In this document: positions 25,634-34,773 of the stretch, one piece after another
Layout: every line of letters begins with the position of its first letter
Numbering within the stretch: the first letter of the stretch is position 1
Source of the DNA: Candidatus Latescibacterota bacterium
GTDB taxonomy: Bacteria > Latescibacterota > UBA2968 > SICM01
Length of the DNA: 64,000 nucleotides
Assembly: GCA_009694805.1 (NCBI GenBank)
Contig: SICM01000004.1
Span: 635 to 64,634, forward strand
Direction of reading: 5' to 3'
Translations under genes and position numbers: made by a program
The notes under the pieces: model-generated
What the model saw: only the letters and a program-made list of their open reading frames with translations
The model's database searches: none
Told to the model about the DNA's origin: nothing

Positions 25634-26779
25634 CTATCCTTCCCGCAACACCGCCGCTGCCTCCGCGACCGAGGCCAGCTTGCGCGCGGCCAGATCGGGC
25701 GTGTTCATGGGTCGCCTGGAGAAGGTGCCGAACCCGCAGTCCGGGTTCAGAAAGATCCGCTCCGGCGGCAGGTGGCGCAGCGCCTCCCGGACCCGCGCCA
25801 CGATCCCCTCCACGCCCTCCACCTCCGGCGTGCGCGGGTTGACCACGCCCAGGCCCAGCTCCTTCCCCTCCACGACCACCAGGTCCCCGGCGCGCGGCGT
25901 CGCGTACTCCAGCACGAGCTGCTGCACGTCGATCCGGTCCAGAGTGGGCACGAGCGGGTGGTACGACCCGCGCAGCAGCGTCTGCTCCTTCTGGCTCCAG
26001 TTGCCCCGGCAGATGTGCAGGCCGGTCCGCACCCCCTCCAGCCCTGCGACCACCCGATTGATCAGCCCGACCGCGAATGCCAGCTCCTCCTGAGGGTCCT
26101 TGCGGGCCGCGAGCGCCGCGCACATGAACGTCCGCGTCTGCCCCTGAGTAAAAACCAGTTCGGCCAGCACCGGCTCGTCGAGCTGGATGAAGTCCACGCC
26201 CGCGTCCCGTAGCGCGAAGACCTCCTCGCGCAGGACGCGGACCACATCCTCCGCCAGGTCCTCTTTGGTAGGGTAGATCGAGCGCGTCACCTCCTGGACC
26301 CACATGGCGCGCGTCAGCAGGTACGGGCCGGGGAGCGGGACCTTGATCGGGCGGTCCGTGTGCTGGCGCAGGAAAAGGTACTCGTCCACCGCCAGCGGCG
26401 CCCGGCGCGCGATCCGCCCGACGCAGGTCGGGTTCTGGATCGAGAAGGCCGGCACGTCCAGGGTCTGCAGGATACGCTCGAACCCCGCCTTATCCTCCAC
26501 CACGTCCAGCATCTCCGCCAGCGACATCAACCGAACGCCTTCCAGCTTCTCCGCCACGAACGAATAGAAGTTGTCCCGCCGCTGCTCGCCGTCGGTCACC
26601 AGGTCCACGCCGGACGACTCCTGATGGCGCAGCGCCTCCAGCACGGCGGCGTCGGCCACGCGGTCGAACGCCTCCTGAGAGAGCTGGCCCCGCTGCTTCC
26701 GGGACAGCGCGCGCAGCAACTCGGGGGGGCGCGGCCAGCTCCCCACGGTCGTGACGGGGAAGGGCGGGAGAGGCCTCAC
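25634..26779 (-). CDS. cobalamin-independent methionine synthase C-terminal-domain-like protein (second MetE-like paralog)
   Basis: VTTVGSWPRPPELLRAL... and GEQRRDNFYSFV motifs. Confidence 0.78.
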   Translation of the reverse strand: MRPLPPFPVTTVGSWPRPPELLRALSRKQRGQLSQEAFDRVADAAVLEALRHQESSGVDLVTDGEQRRDNFYSFVAEKLEGVRLMSLAEMLDVVEDKAGFERILQTLDVPAFSIQNPTCVGRIARRAPLAVDEYLFLRQHTDRPIKVPLPGPYLLTRAMWVQEVTRSIYPTKEDLAEDVVRVLREEVFALRDAGVDFIQLDEPVLAELVFTQGQTRTFMCAALAARKDPQEELAFAVGLINRVVAGLEGVRTGLHICRGNWSQKEQTLLRGSYHPLVPTLDRIDVQQLVLEYATPRAGDLVVVEGKELGLGVVNPRTPEVEGVEGIVARVREALRHLPPERIFLNPDCGFGTFSRRPMNTPDLAARKLASVAEAAAVLREG

Positions 26780-27597
26780 GCGGGCCCCTCAAAAAAACGC
26801 TGTTGATCCACGGCCTCGGTCAGGGCCGCGTAGCCCGTGGTCCGCCCCGGCAGCCACGCCTTGAGCCCCTCCATGTCCATCATCTCACGATGGTCCGGGT
26901 TCTCGTAGCGCATCCGGAACAGCGCCTCCGTCCAGCGTCCCTCCGCCTCGCGGGAGAAGCCCTCCGGCACGGTGAAGTTGCAGTGGTCGAACGGCTGCGT
27001 CGTGGCCAGGACCGCCAGCCGCCCGGGCTCGGCGGTGCCGTCGGCCTGCCAGCGGTCCAAGTTCAGATCCAGCACGGCGCAGGCGTCGCTCTCCCCCTGT
27101 TGCAGGCTGCGCAGGGCCTCCTGCTCGCCCCCGATGTGGTCCCCATGCTTGCCCACGAGCAGGTCGAACCGCCGGACGGTGAAGTCCCGGCCCGGCGTCA
27201 GACCCTGCCCCTGAAGCAGGTGCAGGGGGAGCAGCGTGGCCTGGGGAGAGTCTTTGGCCCCCGTGGCCACGGTCTTCCCGCGCAGGCCGGCCACACCCGT
27301 GATCCCGCTCTCCTTGCGAACGATCAGGTGAGACACCCGGTCCCGGTCCGTGTCCCGCATGGCGATGGCCCGGCACTTCCCCCCGGTGCGCCGCTGGGCG
27401 TCCACCCAGGCCAGCGGCGAGTTCCAGGCGATGTGAATATGGCCCGCCAGGAGTGCGTCCACCTGCAGCTTGTAGTTGCTGTAGAAGACGCAGTCCATCG
27501 GGCAGCCTTCGGCCTCAAAAAATCTTGTGATTAACTCCCAGATCAGCGCCACCTTCGGGTCGTAGATGACCGCGCCGACAAGAATCGGTGAACTCAT
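26776..27597 (-). CDS. PhnD/SsuA-like periplasmic-binding-protein-fold protein lacking a signal peptide
   Basis: Starts MSSPILVGAVIYDPKVALIWE at ATG 27597. 4-nt overlap with the downstream gene. The ORF-track N-terminal extension overlaps the ACAD gene. Confidence 0.68.
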   Translation of the reverse strand: MSSPILVGAVIYDPKVALIWELITRFFEAEGCPMDCVFYSNYKLQVDALLAGHIHIAWNSPLAWVDAQRRTGGKCRAIAMRDTDRDRVSHLIVRKESGITGVAGLRGKTVATGAKDSPQATLLPLHLLQGQGLTPGRDFTVRRFDLLVGKHGDHIGGEQEALRSLQQGESDACAVLDLNLDRWQADGTAEPGRLAVLATTQPFDHCNFTVPEGFSREAEGRWTEALFRMRYENPDHREMMDMEGLKAWLPGRTTGYAALTEAVDQQRFFEGPA

Positions 27598-27608
27598 GAG
27601 GGTCTCCC

Positions 27609-28673
27609 CTAAAACAGCTCCATGCCGCACAGGGCACGGCCGATGAAGTCGTGGATGACGTCGGTGGTGGGCGCCATGACGGTGGCCGCCCGCGCGTCCC
27701 GGAAGTTGCGCTCCAGGCTCAGATGGCGGCTGAAGGCCGCCCCGCCGCACGCCTGCATGCCCAGGTCCGTCACGCGCACCGCCGCCTCGGCAGCGGCGGC
27801 CTTGGACTCCAGCACCATCAGCATCGTCTGCGGGCCGGGCTGCTCCACCGCATCAATTATGCTCGCCAGGTGCGCTCGGGTGCGGTCCGTCTCGATGCGC
27901 ATCTGCGCCAGGCGCGCCCGCAGGTTGGGCAGCGAGGCCAGGGGGCTGTTCAGGTGTTCCAGACGCCCCCCGGCCAGATGCGCGACCGTCGCAGCCGTGG
28001 CCGCCTCCGAGACCCCCGCCGAGATGGCCGCGCTGCCCAGTTGGAACCAGGGCAGCACCACGCCGAGCATCGTGTCGAACCCCTTGCTCGGTGCGCAGAG
28101 CGCCCGCTCCGCGGGTATGGCGCAATGGTCAAACGCCATCGGGGCGCTCGCGTTGCCCCGCAGCCCCAGGGCGCTCCAGGGCCCGCTGACGCTCACGCCC
28201 TTCTCCCCCTTCAGCACCAGGTAGAGCATCGTGTCCGTCGGCGCGCTCCCCCCCGGCGTCCGCGTGGAGACCACGTACCCGTCCGCCTCCCCGGCGGAGG
28301 TCACCCAGGACTTCTGCGCGTTCAGCACCACACGCCCGTCCTCCTGCACGCCCTGGCTGACCGGCGCCCAGAAGTGGCTGCGCGACCCCTTCTCGCTCCA
28401 GGCCAGCGTGCTCAGGTGCCGGCCCGAGGCCGCCTGGCGCATGGCCGCCCCGGCCGCCTGGGGCGCGGCAACGTAGCACGCACAGCCGCACACGTGCATC
28501 AGGTAGACCATCGCCGTGGACGCGCAGCGCTGGGCGATCTCGTCCAGCACGGCGCAGGTGACCCGAATCCCCTGCCCCATGCCCCCGAACTCCGCCGGCA
28601 GCGTCAGCCCCAGAAACCCGGCCTTCCCCAGCGCATCCACGGCCTCGCGCGGGAAGCGCCCCTGCGCGTCCAC
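27609..28673 (-). CDS. acyl-CoA dehydrogenase family protein (N-terminus interrupted by an in-frame TAG, see findings)
   Basis: ACAD-like body. Longest uninterrupted ORF starts at GTG 28673. In-frame upstream lies MYRLDDSQKILVEKVRQIADE-TAG-IAPRAVEV with a good SD before ATG 28760. Confidence 0.75.
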   Translation of the reverse strand: MDAQGRFPREAVDALGKAGFLGLTLPAEFGGMGQGIRVTCAVLDEIAQRCASTAMVYLMHVCGCACYVAAPQAAGAAMRQAASGRHLSTLAWSEKGSRSHFWAPVSQGVQEDGRVVLNAQKSWVTSAGEADGYVVSTRTPGGSAPTDTMLYLVLKGEKGVSVSGPWSALGLRGNASAPMAFDHCAIPAERALCAPSKGFDTMLGVVLPWFQLGSAAISAGVSEAATAATVAHLAGGRLEHLNSPLASLPNLRARLAQMRIETDRTRAHLASIIDAVEQPGPQTMLMVLESKAAAAEAAVRVTDLGMQACGGAAFSRHLSLERNFRDARAATVMAPTTDVIHDFIGRALCGMELF

Positions 28674-28796
28674 CTCAACGGCGCGGGGCGCGATCTACTC
28701 GTCGGCGATCTGGCGGACCTTCTCGACCAAAATCTTTTGCGAATCATCCAGGCGATACATGGTCACCTCATAGTAGTATTGTGATAGATCATGAGC

Positions 28797-29246
28797 CTAA
28801 ACCATCACCCGCAGAGTCAGAGAGAGCGCCACGCATCGCGTCAGCGTGTGGACCAGGGGGGAGCGTTCCAGCGTGGTACGCCACACCGTTTCCAGGGTCG
28901 CCTCATCGGCGTCCGCGCTCACGTAGAGCGTCCCCGTGATGGCCTCGAACCCGGGATGCCCTGCCTCGCCGACGACGCCGAGATGCGTCAGGACGTTGTT
29001 CAGCCGGCCGGAGAGGGTCAGTTCCACGGCATCGACCGTCACCCGCTGCCGCGCGGCCTGGGCCCGGAAACCGCTGACGAGGTCCCCCCCCAGCGCGCCC
29101 AGCAGGTATTCGACCGCGCTCGGGCGAGGATCGCGCTCATCAAAGCTGGCCTGCTGCCCCACGGTGAAGGCATGGTTGCGCGCGTAGACCTTCGCCTCCC
29201 GGTCGCCCGCGCCCTGCACGCGCACGGTCCACGTGTAATCGCTCAT
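28797..29246 (-). CDS. OsmC family peroxiredoxin-like protein
   Basis: 149 aa, OsmC-like size and pattern (PSAVEYLLGALGGDL...). Confidence 0.8.
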   Translation of the reverse strand: MSDYTWTVRVQGAGDREAKVYARNHAFTVGQQASFDERDPRPSAVEYLLGALGGDLVSGFRAQAARQRVTVDAVELTLSGRLNNVLTHLGVVGEAGHPGFEAITGTLYVSADADEATLETVWRTTLERSPLVHTLTRCVALSLTLRVMV

Positions 29247-29264
29247 AACCCTCGCCAGTCCGTC

Positions 29265-30404
29265 TCAGCGCCCTCCGATCAGTACCTCCCGCAGACGCCT
29301 GGCCACCACCTGCTCCTCCCCGTCGAACATGGGGGACGTGGCCAGGAGGAACCAGTTCCCGCCCCCGCGTGTCCAGATGCCCGGCGTCCCCTCTCGCAGG
29401 GCCTGGATGACCTGGACCGCCGTCTTCCCCAGCCCCTTTTCGTCCAGGGTCACGCGCACCCCGCTGGACAGGCTCCGCGAATCCGGCGTCCATTCGGCCG
29501 TCACGTGCGGCATCCCCTCAATCGCCCGGAGGATGACCCCTCCCTTCCGCTCGTGCTCCGCCAGCCGCGCCGCGTGATCCATCACCAGCCAGTCGCGCAA
29601 CGCCACCACCACGGCGATGATCCCCTGCCGGTCCACCTTCAGCGGCCTCCCTATCCCCCGATACCTGCCCGCCTCAAACCCGATGAAGCAGTGCCGGAAC
29701 GCCGCGTCCACCAGCGCCTTCCGCCCGCACAGGATCCCCGTCGAGTGGAAGGACCCGAAATACTTCGCGCCATAACACACGAGGTCCGCCCCCAGCCCCG
29801 TGTAGCGCTTCATCAACTCCAGGGGAAACAGTTGCGCCGCCGCGTCCACCAGCACGGGCACGCCCCGCGCCTTTCCGACCCGGATGACCTCCTCGACAGG
29901 CAGCACACCTTCACCACCGCCCGGCGCGAAGTAGTGGAGGGCCGCCGTCCGGTCCGTGATCGCCGCCTCCAGTTGGGCCGCTGTCGTCCCCTCCTCATCT
30001 CCGACCTCCACGAGCTTTGCCCCGAAGATCGTCAGACACCGGTCGTACGAGTAGCGTTGCCGCTTCTGGATCAGGATCTCATTCTTCATGCCCGTCGTGT
30101 CCGGCATCCGCTCCATCTTCTCCGGGTCGCTCCCCGACACGCACGCCGCCGCGCCCAGGGCCAGCGCCGCCCCGCACCCCGACGTCACGAACGCCGCCTC
30201 CGCCCCGAAGACGCCCGCGATGTACTCCCCTGACTTCTTTAACAGCTCCTCCATGTCCACGTAGTAGCGGTTCGCCTGCGCCACCGCCTCCAGCACCCTG
30301 TCCGGGACCCGCGATCCCCCGATCAGAGTGACGTTCCCCGCCGCGTTGATGAGCGGCTTGACGCCCAGCTCCTCGTAGATCCGCCTGCCGTCCTCGCTGC
30401 TCAT
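29265..30404 (-). CDS. SelA-like PLP-dependent enzyme (L-seryl-tRNA(Sec) selenium transferase / DgaE-like family)
   Basis: MSSEDGRRIYEELGVKPLINAAGNVTLIGGSRV... typical of stand-alone SelA-like (COG1921) proteins. Confidence 0.7.
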   Translation of the reverse strand: MSSEDGRRIYEELGVKPLINAAGNVTLIGGSRVPDRVLEAVAQANRYYVDMEELLKKSGEYIAGVFGAEAAFVTSGCGAALALGAAACVSGSDPEKMERMPDTTGMKNEILIQKRQRYSYDRCLTIFGAKLVEVGDEEGTTAAQLEAAITDRTAALHYFAPGGGEGVLPVEEVIRVGKARGVPVLVDAAAQLFPLELMKRYTGLGADLVCYGAKYFGSFHSTGILCGRKALVDAAFRHCFIGFEAGRYRGIGRPLKVDRQGIIAVVVALRDWLVMDHAARLAEHERKGGVILRAIEGMPHVTAEWTPDSRSLSSGVRVTLDEKGLGKTAVQVIQALREGTPGIWTRGGGNWFLLATSPMFDGEEQVVARRLREVLIGGR

Positions 30405-30429
30405 GGCCTGCTCCTCTCTTTAGCCGTGA

Positions 30430-30828
30430 TTACAGGGACTTTATCAGAGATCGAATATCCGCCAGAAACGCCTCGCATGCCTCAATCTTTTCTCGCACAT
30501 ATTCGGCATCAAATTCGGCAAATTCAACATAATCGCCCTCCTGTCGATCCCGGAAGAGCTGATTATACAGATCGCCGTGCTTCCGGCCGAGACGCCCGGT
30601 CTTGATGATCTCCCTGTTGAAAGCCGCTCGAACGCCGCTGTGCTTTTTAAACCGGCGACTCTCTTCAATCAGCAAAGCGCTGACAGCATAGAACAGGGCA
30701 TAGTAAGCTCGATTGATAGCAAAACCAAAGGCGTCTGCAGCCAGTTCTCGGCGGGCAGCGTTCAGGCTCTCAAAAGCTTTATCCCACCAGTAGCGAACAG
30801 CCTCCTCCTTCGAATTTCTCTCACTCAC
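30430..30828 (-). CDS. HEPN domain protein (HepT-like toxin of a HEPN/MNT pair)
   Basis: 132 aa. Matches HEPN (COG2250-like) by size, pairing with the MNT partner and overall resemblance. The Rx4-6H motif was not located. AT-richer region. Confidence 0.8.
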   Translation of the reverse strand: MSERNSKEEAVRYWWDKAFESLNAARRELAADAFGFAINRAYYALFYAVSALLIEESRRFKKHSGVRAAFNREIIKTGRLGRKHGDLYNQLFRDRQEGDYVEFAEFDAEYVREKIEACEAFLADIRSLIKSL

Positions 30829-31169
30829 AACCGGACCCCTTCTTCCTCAACCTCCTGGTGGATCGGTAACACAGAACCCAGCCCATGATCCCAGGTTTCA
30901 CGATCTACAATCAATTCACTGAGGTTCGTATCATATTCCAGGTTGATATCCAAGATCAAGCGTGTGATGCGGTCGCGTGTGCGATGATCCGGACGCTTGG
31001 TGAGGACGACAAGGAGATCCGCATCAGATTCTTCATCCAGTTCTCCCCGGGCTGCGGAACCAAAGACGACCATTCGATCCACGTCGAATTCTACCATGAT
31101 CCGATCTCTCGCCGCCTGAAGCGCATCACGAAGCATTTGGCTGAGTTGCAGATTTTGCACGGTTTTCAT
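30825..31169 (-). CDS. MNT-type nucleotidyltransferase (MntA-like antitoxin)
   Basis: VVFGSAARGELDEESDADLLVV GSx10DxD nucleotidyltransferase motif. ATG 31169. 4-nt overlaps on both sides. Confidence 0.85.
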   Translation of the reverse strand: MKTVQNLQLSQMLRDALQAARDRIMVEFDVDRMVVFGSAARGELDEESDADLLVVLTKRPDHRTRDRITRLILDINLEYDTNLSELIVDRETWDHGLGSVLPIHQEVEEEGVRL

Positions 31170-31777
31170 GGCATATCGCTCCTTTTCCGCATCTCCACCA
31201 GCCACTCCCTGCCCAGCCGGTTCTCGAACGAATCTTCCGGCCGGGTACAGCTTATGATCTCGAAATGCCCTGAAAAATGCCTCCGCACGTCCTCGTCCGT
31301 CGTCCGGAACGGCGGCCCGTCCTCCTTCTCCGTCTCGTAGAACAGCCCGATGATCCGTCCGCCGCCCGCGAGGACCCTCGCGATCACCTCCGCGTAGGCG
31401 TCCCGCATCTCCAGCGGGATGGCGCAGAAGCACGTATGCTCGACCACCAGGTCGAAACACCCGGCCATGTCCTTGTCTATTGAAAAGAGGTCGCGCTCCA
31501 GGGCACGGATCGGCAGCCCCTCTGCCCGCGCCTTCAGATAGGCCACCGCCGAGGGCGCGAAGTCCACCGCCGTCACCTCGAACCCCTCCTGCGCCAGGAA
31601 CAGCGCCTCGTGCCCGCGGCCGCACCCCGGCGTCAGGACGCGCGTCCCCTTCGGGAGCCCGGCCCCCCGAACCGCCCGCACGAGCGGGGGCGCGGCCTCC
31701 CCCTTGTCCCACGGCGGAGAGTCGCTCTCCTCATAGACCGCCTGCCAGTAGGCGGCGTCCCTAGGCGTCGCTTCCAT
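31166..31777 (-). CDS. class I SAM-dependent methyltransferase (thiopurine-S-methyltransferase-like)
   Basis: VLTPGCGRGHEALFLA SAM-binding motif I. ATG 31777 with AAGGAGG SD. Confidence 0.8.
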   Translation of the reverse strand: MEATPRDAAYWQAVYEESDSPPWDKGEAAPPLVRAVRGAGLPKGTRVLTPGCGRGHEALFLAQEGFEVTAVDFAPSAVAYLKARAEGLPIRALERDLFSIDKDMAGCFDLVVEHTCFCAIPLEMRDAYAEVIARVLAGGGRIIGLFYETEKEDGPPFRTTDEDVRRHFSGHFEIISCTRPEDSFENRLGREWLVEMRKRSDMP

Positions 31778-31821
31778 AAGACCTCCTTTTTGCCCTAATA
31801 TACACCCCTCCCCCGGACCCG

Positions 31822-32664
31822 TCAACCCCGTTTGACCCCGGCCTTCTCAAACGCCGTTGACAGCGTCCGGCAGGATAGGTCCGCGGCGGCGAAGGGGTCG
31901 TAGTCCGGCCTCCGCTGGACCATGACGCTCACCTCTACGGTGATATAGTCCTTATATCCCGCCGCCGCCATGGCCTTCAGGTAGCGCACGTAGTCGAACG
32001 TCCCCTCGCCGGGGATCAGAAACTCATGGTCAGGGGCGCGCCCCCGCTGGTCCTTCACGTGTGTGTGGACCGAGTGGGGGGCCAGGGCCGACACCGTCTC
32101 CTCGATGCCCATGCCGATCACGTCAAAGTGGCTGATGTCGAAATTCACCTTGAGATAGGGGGAGTTCACCCGCTCCATCAGCCAGAGCACCCGGTCCGGC
32201 CGGTCCACGCTCGCCCCCACGTGCGGCTCCAGCGCCAGGGTCACGCCCCGCGCCCCTGCGCGCCGGGTCATCTCCCCCACCCGCTCGACGAGCCGGTCGC
32301 GCACGGTCTCCCATTCGTCGGGACGCCCGCCCAGCGTGGTGTCCACCGCCGGAGGGGTCGGTCCCTGGGCCAGGTCCGCCGCCAGGTCCACGGCCCCGGC
32401 CAGACGGTCCATGTTGGACCTGTGCCGCTCCGCGTCAGCCTCCAGAAACGTCGTGTGCGCGGCGATGGCCGGCAGGTCCAGGCCCTGCTGCCGGTAGAGT
32501 TCCCGGATGCGTCGCCGCTCCGCAACATGGAGCGTGCTCAGTTCCGTCGCATAACCCGGAATCACCGTCAGTTCCACCCCCTCAAACCCCAGCCCCGCCA
32601 GGTGTGCGAGCGCGCGGTCGATCGGGACCTTCGGCATGCCCCACGTACTGTAGCCGAGTTTCAT
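31822..32664 (-). CDS. sugar phosphate isomerase/epimerase (xylose-isomerase-like TIM barrel)
   Basis: MKLGYSTWGMP...GFEGVEL pattern of the AP_endonuc_2 family. Confidence 0.85.
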   Translation of the reverse strand: MKLGYSTWGMPKVPIDRALAHLAGLGFEGVELTVIPGYATELSTLHVAERRRIRELYRQQGLDLPAIAAHTTFLEADAERHRSNMDRLAGAVDLAADLAQGPTPPAVDTTLGGRPDEWETVRDRLVERVGEMTRRAGARGVTLALEPHVGASVDRPDRVLWLMERVNSPYLKVNFDISHFDVIGMGIEETVSALAPHSVHTHVKDQRGRAPDHEFLIPGEGTFDYVRYLKAMAAAGYKDYITVEVSVMVQRRPDYDPFAAADLSCRTLSTAFEKAGVKRG

Positions 32665-32749
32665 AAAAGGCTCCTTTTCTCTTTCCTTGTCGTCCCCTTT
32701 CGATTATCTTATCCCCTCACGTCCATCTCTCTCTTTCACTGGAGATTTC

Positions 32750-33700
32750 ATGAAACTCGTCACCACGCACCGCCTCCCCGAAGAGGCTGTCCGCGCCATC
32801 TCGCCGGACATCGAAATCATACAGGTCAGCGGACACGACGCGCTCCTCCAGGCCGCAACCGACGCCGACGCCATCATCGGAGGGTTCGGCGGGACGCCGT
32901 TCCGACAGATCCTGCAGGCCGCCAGGCGCGTCCGCTGGATCCACACCTCCAGCGCCGGGGTGGACACCCTGATCTGCCCGGAACTCCTCTCCCGGGACAT
33001 CGTCCTGACCTGCGGCAAGGGGCACGCCGTCGGAACACTCCTGGCCGAGCACGCCTTCGCCCTGGTCCTGGCCCTGACGCGGGGGATCGCGGCGTGCGCC
33101 CGGATGAAGACGTGGGGGCGGAACACAAAGACCGGTCGAAGCGTCTTAGAACTCAGAGGCAGGACCATGGGACTCGTCGGGTTCGGGGGCGTCGGCCTGG
33201 CCCTGGCCCCCCGCGCCAGGGCGTTCGACATGGACGTGGTGGCGGTCAGAAGGACGCCCCCGGACAGCGCGCCGGAGGGCGTGACCCTGTGGGGGATGGA
33301 CCGCTTCCCCGACCTGCTGGCCCGCTCCGACGTCGTCGTCGCCTCCGTCCCGCTGACGGAAGAGACCCGGGGCATGTTCAACCGGCAGGCCTTCGAACGG
33401 ATGAAACCGACGGCCCTCCTGGTCAACGTGGGCCGGGGAGAGGTCGTGGACACGGTGGCCCTGGTCGACGCGCTGAGGGACAACAAAATCGCAGGCGCAG
33501 GGATGGACGTGTTCGAGCAGGAGCCCCTGCCGGACGACAGCCCCCTCTGGGGCATGGAGAATGTCATCATCACCCCCCACATCGCCGGGAACTCCCCCGA
33601 CCGGGGTGGCCGCAACCAGGAGACCGTGCTGGAGAACCTCCGGCGGTTCGTGCAGGGCCAGGCCCTGATCGGCGCCGTGGACAAGTCCGCGGGCTACTGA
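32750..33700 (+). CDS. D-isomer-specific 2-hydroxyacid dehydrogenase family protein
   Basis: GLVGFGGVG NAD motif and the ITPHIAG catalytic His region. ATG 32750 after GGAGA. Confidence 0.85.
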   Translation: MKLVTTHRLPEEAVRAISPDIEIIQVSGHDALLQAATDADAIIGGFGGTPFRQILQAARRVRWIHTSSAGVDTLICPELLSRDIVLTCGKGHAVGTLLAEHAFALVLALTRGIAACARMKTWGRNTKTGRSVLELRGRTMGLVGFGGVGLALAPRARAFDMDVVAVRRTPPDSAPEGVTLWGMDRFPDLLARSDVVVASVPLTEETRGMFNRQAFERMKPTALLVNVGRGEVVDTVALVDALRDNKIAGAGMDVFEQEPLPDDSPLWGMENVIITPHIAGNSPDRGGRNQETVLENLRRFVQGQALIGAVDKSAGY

Positions 33701-33744
33701 AGGAACGACATCGAAAGAAAAATGTCAAGTCTTAAGGAGGTCTC

Positions 33745-34743
33745 ATGGCTGAAGAGCGGATGGGCGACCGGGAGATCGTGGAACGTCTGCAGGAGGCTAA
33801 GGAGAAAGTGGCCGGAGAGGTAGGAAAGGTGATCGTCGGCCAGAAGGAGATCATCGAGCAGCTCCTGATCGCCCTCCTGTGCGGCGGGCACTGCCTCCTG
33901 GTGGGCGTCCCGGGCCTGGCCAAGACCCTTCTGATCAACACCCTGTCGAGGGCCCTGGACCTCTCCTTCGGCCGCATCCAGTTCACGCCCGACCTGATGC
34001 CCTCGGACATCACCGGGACCGAGGTCCTGGAGGAAGACCTGTCCACCGGCCGCAAGGTGTTCCGGTTCGTGAAAGGCCCCATCTTCGCGAACGTGGTCCT
34101 GGCCGACGAGATCAACCGGACCCCGCCCAAGACGCAGGCGGCCCTGCTCCAGGCCATGCAGGAACACGCGGTGACGGCGGGGGGAGAGACGATGAAGCTC
34201 TTCGAGCCCTTCTTCGTCCTGGCCACCCAGAACCCCATCGAGCAGGAGGGGACCTATCCCCTGCCCGAGGCGCAGCTCGACCGGTTCATCTTCAACCTCT
34301 GGATCGACTACCCCACGGAGGAGGAGGAGCGCGAGATCGTCCGCCAGACGACCAGCGCCTACGTCGGGGAGGTGCAGAAGGTGCTGGACGCAGGCCAGAT
34401 CGTCGAACTCCAGCGCCTCGTCCGCCGGGTGCCCGTGCCGGGGCCCGTGATCGACTACGCCGTTCGCCTGGTCACCAGCACGCGGCCAGGAAACAGCAGC
34501 GCGCCGGCCTACGTCCGGGAGATGGTGAGCTGGGGAGCGGGACCCAGGGCCTCCCAGTGCCTGATCATGGGGGCCAAGGCGCGGGCCGTGCTCGACGGCC
34601 GTCCGTCGGCCTCCATAGAGGATGCGCGGGCCATGGCCATCCCCGCCATGCGGCATCGCATCGTCACGAACTTCAACGCCGAGGCCGAGGGCATCGGCGC
34701 CGTGGACATCGTCAAACGGCTTCTGGAAGAGATCAAGGCGTAA
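33745..34743 (+). CDS. MoxR family AAA+ ATPase
   Basis: LLVGVPGLAKT Walker A, VLADEINR Walker B, MoxR-like length. Confidence 0.9.
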   Translation: MAEERMGDREIVERLQEAKEKVAGEVGKVIVGQKEIIEQLLIALLCGGHCLLVGVPGLAKTLLINTLSRALDLSFGRIQFTPDLMPSDITGTEVLEEDLSTGRKVFRFVKGPIFANVVLADEINRTPPKTQAALLQAMQEHAVTAGGETMKLFEPFFVLATQNPIEQEGTYPLPEAQLDRFIFNLWIDYPTEEEEREIVRQTTSAYVGEVQKVLDAGQIVELQRLVRRVPVPGPVIDYAVRLVTSTRPGNSSAPAYVREMVSWGAGPRASQCLIMGAKARAVLDGRPSASIEDARAMAIPAMRHRIVTNFNAEAEGIGAVDIVKRLLEEIKA

Positions 34744-34773
34744 ACCCTCACCCCTAATGTTTTAGGTCCCTCC

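Noticed and set aside
28695-28697. Recoding of the in-frame TAG as pyrrolysine, or a link to the nearby SelA-like gene.
   Set aside because: No pyl genes are visible. TAG terminates several well-defined genes here. SelA relates to UGA/selenocysteine rather than UAG, and stand-alone SelA-like proteins are usually not Sec-machinery components.
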